A stretch of 64,000 nucleotides of DNA. It comes from Auanema rhodensis (Eukaryota > Animalia > Nematoda). A program made the translations under genes and the position numbers. Of the stretch, positions 1-11,456 are shown one piece after another; within the stretch, counting starts at the first letter, position 1, and every line of letters begins with the position of its first letter. Location: assembly GCA_964057225.1 (NCBI GenBank), contig OZ059897.1, positions 15,686,001 to 15,750,000 on the forward strand, written 5' to 3'. Below the pieces are notes generated by a model. The model did no database searches and was not told the DNA's origin. It saw only the letters and a program-made list of their open reading frames with translations.

Positions 1-3000
1 CTGCTACAGATGAGAAGACATTAAGAAATGATGTTCTGACTACAAAACAAGAGTTCAAAAGCAGATAAAGCGGATTCAAATTTATTCGTAGCAATTTGCT
101 CATTCCCTTTAACGACAAAAGCCGGTTGTTGCTCTGGCCTAGCCTTCCGCTTACGACAATTCGACTTCAAATTTCTTATGAAGAAAGCAGCAATTGTCAT
201 CCAGCTTACTCTTTCCATATCCAACTTTCCTTTTCTCTCTCCATCTCTCTTCTTCATACCTCCATATTTCTTGGTTCGTACTCAGCTACTATCTCTTTAT
301 ATTTATCTTTCCCGGAGGAACGGATGTTAGGCCAGTCCAGGCGTCAGCAATGGTCACAACCTTATTATCCTATTTTGCTCGATGGGTTCAAGTGAACTGC
401 ATGCTTATTACGTTTTTCAAAAAGACAAGATAAGAAATTTTAGAAATATCTCATTTTTACTTTTACCTGGACACTTTGAACAAGGACAGAAATAAAAATG
501 AGAATTTAATTTAATATAGTCGTGTTCGAATGAATTTATGAGTTTTAAGAAGGAAAACATAAAAGCTAGTTATAATAGGAATGATAAAATAAAGTTAAAA
601 CTTGAATGAAAAAGCAGCAATGATGGATGGAAAGGGAAGGAAGAGCGGATAATAGTGTATCACATGCTGTGAACTATTGAAAAACAGATATGATGGAAAG
701 CAGAAAGGTCAAAGCGAAAAGAGTGCTTTGAGTTCAAGTAGTTGAGCTAAAAGTAAAGTTATATGAATAGAAGAGAAACAAAGAAAATGACAACAAACAG
801 AAGGTAACTTAAATAAATTCACTGTGGGAGTATCAAGCCTTAGCTATTTTAGTATAAGATAGTTTGTTACTGAACACTAAGTCGACATCGTTTTGAATTG
901 ATAATACACGGAAGCTTTTGAATCGAAAGAGAAAAGCCGACCGACCATCCATTAAGAAAAAGAATTTTTCTTCCTTTTTGTTCCCAGAAACAAGACGACA
1001 TACCACTATTAGTACAGGTGATCTATCAGCTGTTCTACTATTATCTTTGAAACTGAAAGCCCGCTGTTTGTTGTTGCTCATTAAAAATTTTTTTTACAAA
1101 GTACCAATGCTGCAAAACGAAAAGAACAGAGATCGGAAGAACTTATAATTTCCTCTGATAAAGGGTTTAGGTTTTTAATTTTAAATAATTTTTCACTGAA
1201 TGTGTTCGACTGAACAACAAATTTCTGGAATTGCCAACAAAATGAATAAAGCCGAGATTATAAGAATATAATAAGAATTAACAGAAACATTTTCTTGTTA
1301 AATCACCTAATAATAATAGATTAAAAACTATTATATGAAAATAGTAGAGGTAAGAGAGAATGATGGATGAAACAGAGATCCAGGATTGTAGGCGAAAACG
1401 GAAGATCAGAATGTGAAATGCGAACGGATTGTTATAAAACTGGAGATATAATGAGATAGAAACAATGAAAAATAGCATGAGGTATGAAGCCATGTTCAAA
1501 GATGGAAGAAACCATATGATCAAATTATTTTGTCCATACAGAGTCTCACGTGACCAGCAGCAGCAGTACCAACAACATCATCGTCGTATTCGGCTTGTCC
1601 TGTCTTAAGCGAAAGAAATGACCACACAACAAAACCGATGTTTGTTGACTTGGGTGCTGGTGTTCATCTCAGCTCAATCTCTTCCTCATGCCTTCGTTTT
1701 CTCTTTTTCTAATTCACCCTCATGCTCTACCGCACTCTCTGCTTGCTTTCTCCCCTTTTCTATATCAATATATGTGCTTTTCCACTCTTCCTCTTTATCT
1801 TTCTTTGCACCTCCATCTTCTCTCGTTTTTGTCTCTTCAGGCCATTTTTTATTTGTGACGTCTGTATATTAGCCCATTATTTTCTTTTTACGAAGGAGGG
1901 GAAGCAGCCAAAAAAAAATCTTGGATTTTGCTTGAAAATAGAGAATGAATGAAGTAAAGATTAATAATATAGCAAAATTCATGAATACTTCTGCGAAGGT
2001 GTTGAAGATTATGAAAGAAACTTTGGAATCTACATATCTATTCATCTATATATGTATTTCTCTATCATATGCTATCCAATCAAAATATGGAAAAAGCTCA
2101 AAAGATTAAAAAAAATAAATATGATGTGTTATGATATAGAAAAAGTATATTATTACTATGTGTGAATATATATAATATATATTATATAATTTTGAAAGTA
2201 CTTCACTTATAGATAATACAAGATATATTATATGTTTGAAAATATAATAATTAGATAAAGAATATTTATAAAAAAATAAAATTTAAAAAGTATATGATAA
2301 GTTTCTAATCAAAATAATCTTAAAAGTTCAAAAATAAAATTATAAAATATATAATTCACGGAAAGACGGAAACAGAAGATGTTGAAGCTGCATGCTGCTT
2401 GCACATGAGAAGAAGAAGAACAGCACACTGACGTGCAAAGAAAATATAAGAATTAGGACAAAAAGCAAAAATTTTAAAAAAAATTTCGAAAATTGAATAA
2501 GATGAAAAAATAATAATCCATCGGAAAGGAATGGAGCGCAGAGAAAATGTTATAAATTTTCTTGATGAAAAATCAAACTTGTACAAATAATAGATATACA
2601 TTATATATATAAATATATATTTATAAATAGAAAAACTGGATAACAGATGTACTTCATATTATGAATATTATATATTTATATGAAACAATAAAGAATTACA
2701 AATATTAATTTCATTTTATATAATATATTTAATAGTTAAACTGGGCATTTATAATCGATTTGTGAAAGATTTTTCAGTTTTATTATTATAAAATCTACGA
2801 ATTTAATCTTTAATTAAAAAAACTAGACAGTAGAGTAAAGAACCTTATGCGGTCAGATTTCATTAATTCAAAAGTTGATTGTCAGTATGTATGGAGGCTC
2901 TCGAGAAGTCCTCTACCATAAAAGGTGTAGGGGATTTGAATTCAACTTATTAAAAAGGAAATATTATTGTATTAATACTTTAAATATCTTTTCATAGTTT

Positions 3001-3305
3001 ATATTTAGTTACTTGTATTAGTTTTTTTCATTAAGCAAAAGTTTCTTCAAATAAATAAAAGATTTTAATTATTTTTTTATTATTCTAAATTAAATCTAAA
3101 TAGTAGAACGTTGTTTAGAATTTTGACAAAAAAAAGTTATCTGAATACGTCAGATATTGGAAGAAAAATAATTAAAACATAACATTAATAAGGTAAATTA
3201 GGGATAAAGAAAACCAAACAAGAGAGAGAGACAGAAGGAATAGAAAACTATGGTTGCATACAAAGAAGAAGAAAAAGAGAGAGAGAAAAAAAGAGAGAGA
3301 GAGAG

Positions 3306-3351
<46 letters not shown>

Positions 3352-4705
3352 GGTGGAGGTTCTTTAAATAGTGCGAGAAAATTGGCGTTGAAGAGATTAT
3401 TTTATTGATACTGCTATATGAATATGATGAGATTTGAGGACAACAAACACAAACTGTACTTCACGTTCTCGAGGAATCGTACTTCTGAAGTTTATGTAAG
3501 CAGAAAAAATTTCAGCAGTGTATTCATAACCTCTTTCCATACTTTATGTTCAGTTTATCCTTTTATATTTCATTTTCCTTGTTTAGATTTCTTCAAACAT
3601 TTTGCAGATTTTTCTAGCAGAATATTAAATATACATACACACTTATGTAGTATATTGTGTTATAAATCATGTTAGTGATAAATTGAGCTTAATTAGAGAG
3701 AATTGATTATGCAGAACAAGTTATTTAGAAGAATATTTAATATAAGCATATGATTATCTTTGATTTTTCTTTCTTTCTCTTTCTATATACTATTTTTCCT
3801 TTCTGTACTTATTGTTCAAGTCTAAGATCTATAAAGAAATCATGTAATCTTAATGAAAAAAAAGACTAAAAAACAGATTGAAAAAGAAAAAAAGATGATG
3901 CACAAGCTTGACGGCCTACTAAGGTTACTCCGATTAAGCAAGACGAACTTAAACAAACGAATCGGAAATTATTGACCAACGCTTTTGTCAGTTTATTCTT
4001 CATCCAAAACAACAACAACAAAACAATTGTCCACAAAATCAAAAAAATCTTTTTATTATTATTCATTTTATCCCGAGAAATGTTCTCACTTCTACAATAT
4101 TTTGAGAAAGAAAGATTTTCTTATTATTCTCAGCTCTTAAAAGTTTCACCTTACCAATATCAATCTACCCGATATCTCTAGAGAGTATACCCATAAAGTT
4201 CAAAAGTATAAACTACACTTGAGAATCGAAGAATCATCAGTAGATCTATCGTTTCCGGTTTATTCATTGTTTTTGGATATTCTCAAGTATTATATATCAT
4301 AGACTTCAGTACCTAACTAGATTTTAAAAAAAATCGTAATAAGTTGATCGTATCTGATTGAAATGATGGATGAAATCAAGATGAAAAAGAAGTAACAGTA
4401 TTTAAATCAGAACAATAGAATTATAAAAAATAAATTTCTTAAGAAATACATATGAAATTGCAAAGAAAAAATTCTTAAACTTACGGTAATATCTCAAATC
4501 ACGTAATCCGTGGAATGTTGCTGATTTCTTTGGAGTTGATGATGGACTTGCTATTAAATGTTCCCATTCTTTGGCATCAGAGCCATCTAATGCATGATGT
4601 CGTGTATACCCATAAGTCTCTTCTTCTATCGTTCCTAGTTTTTCACCCTAAAATTCATAAAATTATGAGAAAATATTATATTTTTCTAAATACTGTATGT
4701 AACAT
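1..4705 (-). CDS. 5' part of an unidentified multi-exon gene running off the left edge (exons 4705-4694, 4647-4485, 39-<1)
   Basis: ATG at 4705 with an in-frame stop just upstream, then a 46-nt GT-AG intron and a 163-nt open exon ending in a GTAAGT donor (phase 1). The TTTTGTAG acceptor at 40 opens only in phase 1. Spliced product: MLHTGEKLGTIEEETYGYTRHHALDGSDAKEWEHLIASPSSTPKKSATFHGLRDLRYYLRTSFLNVFSSVA... Family not recognised. Confidence 0.6.
3277..3349. repeat. (GA)n microsatellite
   Basis: Long, partly interrupted GA dinucleotide run seen directly. Confidence 0.95.
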
Positions 4706-6960
4706 GGTTTAAACACTGTTTTCTAATTGAGTATAAACAAGCTTGTGAGATTGAAAAACTTTTCTTAAATTATTTTTCTGAATCTAGTCATTATGAAAAT
4801 AAAACTCAATTATTTTTTTTTCAAAATATGGTTTTATCTCATTTGCTGGAGTTGTTTATATCGTTCCGATTTACATGATTATCATGTTTCACGGCTGCTT
4901 TCCTCAATTCAAATAGCTTTGTCACGACTTTCTTTATTTCTCAAAATTTTTTTATATTTGAAGGAGAACGCAAAGATTTTCCCATTTTTAGTTTTTTTAT
5001 GTTGCCATTTATTAACATTTTAACCAAAAAAATGACCCCAGGGGGGTCAGGACATTTGAATGGTTATCAGTCATAAACTTCTCTTGGGAACAAGCATAGC
5101 ATTATCAGACAAAACTGTGAGTTATTATTTGACAGAGAAATGGGAAAAAAAAGATTTTAAAAGTAAAAATTTATTATGAAACGTCTTCCTTTTTTTGTTT
5201 TGCTTTTATAACTTTTCAAATATTTCCTACTTTCTATTTATATGAATAGATAGATATAGAATATATTTTTGGTCAAAATATACAAAAATATGAAAAATGA
5301 AATTGAATTGAATATGAAAGTACAAATAAAGTGTTTAGATAAATGATAACACTATACTAATATGTGTTTTCTCATAACTTTATAAACTATTTGTTGTATC
5401 AAATTCAAATCTCATTGCACTTATTTTCATCTGCTATTATATTAAATTTTCAAGATTTTTTTTGTATTTGTGGTCATAGAAAGAGATATTCAAATGTAAT
5501 TTATGATTATAATTATAGTTAGGACCAATAATAAGTCTTCGTTTTTTTGATCAAATGCTGTCAATGTTCCCTAATTTCATTTTTTTTTCTCAACAAAGTT
5601 TTCTTCATTGGAATAACTGAACAGGAAACGAATTTTCGAAAATTAGAGCACAAAAATATCTTAGCTATATGTATAAATTGTGCAATTATTCTGCTAGTTT
5701 AATTGAATATTTTCATTTATCTCATCAAGAAAAGTCGGTCATGCGTATGAGTAAAGATTATCAGATATGGTTGCAAGAAAAGTCTTCTACGTTATGAGCA
5801 ATTTGATTAAATTCAAAGAAAAATTAATCGTGTTTATATATAGTTAGTTAGCTATTTGTTCACAAAAATAACTTCCTTTTTTTGCTTTCGTATATTACGT
5901 TTTTTTGTTATATCGAACTTACAATAAGTATGAAATTAAAGGAAACAAATGAAAGAAATAGTTACATTAATGTATTTTTATATTTTTTTTACGAATTTTA
6001 ATATATGTATATATATATATCATATAATATCAGTATCATTACCGTTTTACTATATATAATACCCGGTCTCCGGAAACTTGGATCACTTGCTGAGTTATGC
6101 ATCTATAAAACAGGATGATTAAGATACTTTTCCGATAAAAAATGTGATAAACAAAATGAAAAAAAGGAAGATAAGCTGTACAATTCGTAAAAAATAGAAA
6201 AAAACCTCATAAAAGGGAAATGAATACTTTTTTACTGAATACATAGAAAAGTTAATGTGCTTTTAAAAAATCTGTAAATGTCTTTTAATGCAATTTAAAG
6301 GTATTAAAACAAAAAAGATGTAATTTTAAAATTTTAATTGGTTGTAAGCATGACATATTAAAATATTTCTTATTTATAACCTAAAAAATATAAAAAATAT
6401 AAAAACTTTTGGAGAAAAAAATAGATATTCCTGGATAAAAGCTTATCAAAAGAAAAAAGAAGAGATCAAAGAAAGTTCATATAAAGGTGATTTGAAAAAT
6501 TAATAAATCTAACTTTAGGTTGTTGATACTATATGTTCTATTGAGTACAACTCTAAAAAAATAACTAATAAGTTACTAACGAAAAAAATGCAATTCAACC
6601 GGTCTCAATGATATTTTTCAAAAAATGAAATAATTTTTGAAATTGAATTTACGTGGAAAACTCATGATGTGATCATTCGTTCGTCATTGAAGCATGAGTA
6701 ACATATATAACTATATATTATAGGTATTAAAAACTTGTTAATGAACTTTTTTCCAATAATACTATAATCACACACTTCCAGCTGTTGAAAATAGCATTTT
6801 TGTTTTTTGATTAAGAAACAAAAAGAAAGATTTTGAGACTAAAAAACAATTATTTCTCAGACTTAAAATAGGTTTGTGAAGTTTTATAATGGAGAGTAAA
6901 AAATTGAAAATGCATGCCTAAACGAAGACCAAAAATGGAGAAAGATGGGGTCCGGTATAG

Positions 6961-6970
6961 TCCCTAGGGA
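6961..6970. promoter_or_regulatory. COE (UNC-3/EBF)-type palindrome TCCCTAGGGA
   Basis: Exact match to TCCCNNGGGA in very AT-rich DNA, upstream of the 4705 start. Function is inferred only. Confidence 0.35.
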
Positions 6971-7484
6971 GACAATTCATATCATGAACAATACTGAGAA
7001 TTATGTTTATTTTGGGGTTCTCTTCTTGTAAACAAACCAAATTACTAAATCTACCATGTAAAATACAATGATCTGTTTTGGAAACCAGCTCAAAGGTAGA
7101 GATAGAACCTCTGAATAATGGCTCTTTTCCGCATGGGAAACTGAAAAAACTGAGAAATTTGCTGGCTGACTCAGTTCATGCTACTTTTCACCAATTATTC
7201 AGCAATAAAGGTGGGAACTGAACGACAAAAAAGACATGAAATCTACTTCTAATTTACGTTTTGTATTTCTTGTTATGCACGATAACTGAAAAAAAAGAAT
7301 TAAATGCGATACAAATTTCATGAAGTTACAATGCTTCATCTAAAGCTCTTAACGTCCACAGATATTCAAGTTCATGAAAGAATATCTTATTGAAAGTCAA
7401 ATAATATCAAAAACTAAAAAGCATTTTTCAACAGGAGTATAGATATTCAAACCATTGAAAATTCTTATTTGTATCGACCATTCT

Positions 7485-7486
<2 letters not shown>

Positions 7487-7532
<46 letters not shown>
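7487..7532. repeat. compound (TA)n(GA)n microsatellite
   Basis: A TA run directly abutting a GA run. Confidence 0.95.
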
Positions 7533-7533
<1 letters not shown>

Positions 7534-10500
7534 CTTGAGCATGAGAGAGAAAGAGATAGTATTAATTGAAAGTAAGAGATCTATGATATCACTTATAAGA
7601 TAATCAAAGGTATACATATATATTACTACATACATGCACCTTTCGCAACTGAAATTTGAAGAGTCTTTGTAATTTAAAGTCTTAGTATTGAAGTATAGAT
7701 TGTATAAAATAGAAAATGAAAACTAAAATAGCTATGGATATCCAAATATACCTTCATGTACAAATATGTCACAAAGTTACTAAAGGAATGAATGCATTCA
7801 GTTGCTCAGCTATTTTGTACAGACTCGTAACTTTTTTCTAAAAACAATAAAAGTATAATGAAAAACGAGAAAAAGAAAAATTGATAAGTAGGAACATTTT
7901 ATTCTTCTTCATCGTTCTTGTCATCAAATCATCTTATTATGTATTTAGTTTCTAATATAATATTTTTAATATTACTTATAACCCTACAAATATCTTGGGA
8001 ATTCAAAAAAAGAACAAACAATCTACAGCTGAATATCAATTTCCTTTTTCGTTTAAATTATGTCATTCACTGTTAGAAGTGAGAAAATACTTTTAATATT
8101 AAGTGTATGAATAGAAACTTTTTTAAACTTTTGAGTTAGGATTGAACGATTATTCATAAACTAAAACAGGTTGAAAAACGCATAAAAGCCGACCTAATAA
8201 TGGAAGAAGTTGGATAAGGAAGTTATGATGAAAAGGAAGCAAGAGGAAAAGTTAACCTTCAGCTAGTCTTTCACCTTATTCAGACTACATTCTGCGGTCG
8301 AAAGGTGTCCACATACTTATTCACTTACTCATGGCTACCAAGATGCAGAGCATGAGAGGATATGGAGAAAGGAAAGAGAAAACGAGAGAAAGAGAGAGAA
8401 GTATTTGAAGAGATGGAGTCAGAGAGGTAGGAAGATAAAACCATTTGAACAAATGAACTGGAACAAGCAAGCTGATTTACTATTCAAAAGCTTATTACTT
8501 GCACTTTGAACCTTCTCAAACACAAAACAATATTAATTTGTATTTGTGTATAAATTTAAGGATTGTTTTGCATGAATATCGAATGAATAGGTTTATAGAT
8601 CTGTGAAAATGAAATATGAGAAGAAAAAACAGAACAAAGCAGTATACCAAAGTTTGACAAGAAAGATCGAGAGTATGTTATAAAAGATCAAAAACATCAC
8701 ATTGTACAAAATAATTTTATATTTTAATTTTAATAAAGATATATCTAAATATTAATGAATCTAATAAAAGTTTGTTCAATGTCTTTGACTTTATTGTTGT
8801 TTTCTTGTTGACATTTACATAAAAATCAAATTTATTATAAAAAAATATTTGTATTTAAAATTATTCATAGATATGAATACAGTATTCGAAATCATTAAAG
8901 AATCTCTTTTTTCTTTATTCGTTTTTTTTGTAAATATAAATGGAATTAGTAACAAAAGGATGAATTGATATAGTATATTGCAAATCTGACATCATTCAAA
9001 TTCTTTCAGGTAAATAGAACATAATCTATGTCATACCTATATGCTTACATATACTATATACAATATATAAATATATTTTATGCAATTATAATATGTTTCA
9101 ATTATAAGAGTAAATGATTTTTTTTGTTTTAAATGATAATAACAAAATATATTTGTTATATGCTTGAAATATATTGAAAAGTAATATGGTAACTGAGTAA
9201 ATTATCGAAAATTGAAAAGGCTGCTTGTGAAAATTCATATGAAAATTATCAATCACAGAAAATAAAGGCAATTATTTATCATTCGAGTACACAAAAAGAA
9301 AGAAAAAAAACATAATACTTTTTAAATTTGAACATGGAAATGTCAACTTCGGGAAATTAAGAACGAATACAAGATTCGTTCAAGATTCAGTAAGTCTCAC
9401 GTGTATTTAGAGTATGTATAAATATTATGTTTACGTATAATTAAAAGAAACTAGTAGATCAAGAAGTAGACGACTAATATGAAGAAGAAAATAAATGTTA
9501 TGCAATAACTAGTGAAAAAAAGTCAATGAAATAGAAAAAAATATAAGAAAAAACAAACGTTTGTGCATAGTATACATGCTCTCATCGTATATGTGTTAAT
9601 GACCTATCCATAAAAAAAATTTATCTTCTAACTATCTTGAAAATAATTATTGAAAACATACATAAATATGTATTGTACATCACATGATATTCATTCCAAC
9701 TAATAGCATTAAAAGGCAAATCTTTTGCTCAAAATTATTTGAACGAACTTTAAAACAGGAATTGTCACAGATTTATCTCAAGAAATTATTCATATTTCAA
9801 GATTAATGAAGCCTCTTTTTAGGGATTTTTTAGGTAGAGCTGTGTGTAAATTCATTATGAATGAGAATATGTCAGATTGTTCTTTATATGTTTTAGAATC
9901 TATCTTCAAGATATATGTGCGGGAAACGTCAAATAAATAACATAGAAACCAAGTGGGAAATTTCAGAAAAAAATAAGTGCAACGATCATTATATCAGATA
10001 TCTCATTTTCAAAGAGCAATCTTATAGCGTTGACGAATATAGAAATATGACACCGGGAACTCTGACTATCTTTCTATTCAATCGGTAGGTTAGCCGTAAA
10101 AACCTGATAATTGGTAGCTTAGGAAACATATAATTCAAGCCTTATTTAAAAAGATAAAGATTCTTATATGATCATATGCGATAAATTATCTAAAGTTAAA
10201 AGCAAGAAAAATATTTTTTCTCACAATTTATTATAAAGCATAAGAGGTTCACAGCTGCGGAAGCTCGGCCCAATCGATGCTGCGCCTGAATGAGCTCCAG
10301 ACAGCATGAGACGTGTGTGTATGGCTGTGTGTGAGTTTGTAAGTGTGATTGTGTATATCTGTACACTTTTTTCAGTACACGAAATGAAATGACCAAAAAA
10401 ATAGAATTTTTCTTAACAGATAAAATCATGTTGTAAACATTCGATAACTTCTTATATAAAATTTTATTCGTATTGAAAAAGAAATTATAGTGGTAAACGC

Positions 10501-11061
10501 ACATTCAAAAAAAACATGGAATGTCATGAGCTAAAAGATCAAACTAAAAATATCACCATCAAATTAGAGCAATGGGTATAAGCAAAGAATAAACGGAAAT
10601 GTTTTCGAACGGTATTTTGAACTTTTCACAAAAACATGGCAGAAGGGTGTAGGCTTTTATTTTTATGAAATTACATAACTTGCATGTTCCCAAAACAAGA
10701 AACAATACATTTCTTCTTATTAATTTTCATTTAAACACCTCTTGCTTCAATTAGTTGTTGCAATTACCCCCATTTCCCTAAATAAATATTTTAATTGTGA
10801 CATTAGACCATGAAAATAACTCTTTGATTTATTTTTACTGAATTCCTAAACTAAATAATATTTTTGAAAAAAATAAGAAATGTTCACAGGTTTTTATTGA
10901 AAGAAAATATACTGATCCGTTCCCTTTTTACTCTTTTCTTTTTTTTTATTACAAGCAAGATGATTCTACTAAAAAGTGTTGATCAAGAAATAATTAGCAA
11001 GTGTTGTGTGTTGATTTTCATAAATCGTATCATTACTTGAACCAAAATGAACCTATTACTA

Positions 11062-11066
<5 letters not shown>

Positions 11067-11118
<52 letters not shown>
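11067..11118. repeat. (AT)n microsatellite
   Basis: About 26 AT units; explains the IYIYIY ORF artefact. Confidence 0.95.
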
Positions 11119-11127
<9 letters not shown>

Positions 11128-11456
11128 ATACTCTTATATGCAATTATAACTAATACACCAGCGCTTCAATCACTTTACTTCCATTCTTATATTATTTTTA
11201 TTTTGCTGAAAAAACTGCATTCGATTGATAGAATTCAAAAGCATTATTGAAATTCACTGGAAATATAAAGTATGAAAACGGTTGCTATGATGCTTGATTG
11301 CACAATAGCATGCAACATGTTTCTGTGTACTGTGCTATTTCAAACCCGTATTGCGTACTACTATTCAACTTCTATGTTTTAAATATATTATGGCTTTTAT
11401 GTATTGAAAGAGAGATAATAATTCCTTATATTATAGAAAACTAGGAACGGAAGAAC

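Noticed and set aside
21-257. 78-aa minus-strand ORF from the ORF track
   Set aside because: It lies in the predicted intron. Its GTAAGC donor at 209 is phase 0 and would hit a stop in the exon starting at 39.
1546-1581. Minus-strand MMLLVLLLLVT mini-exon with a GTGAGA donor
   Set aside because: Phase 2 is incompatible with the acceptor at 40. The apparent donor overlaps a TCACGTGA E-box, and the Leu run is a CAG triplet repeat.
10050-10072. CACCGGG, the miR-35-family seed
   Set aside because: No complementary arm nearby, so no precursor hairpin.
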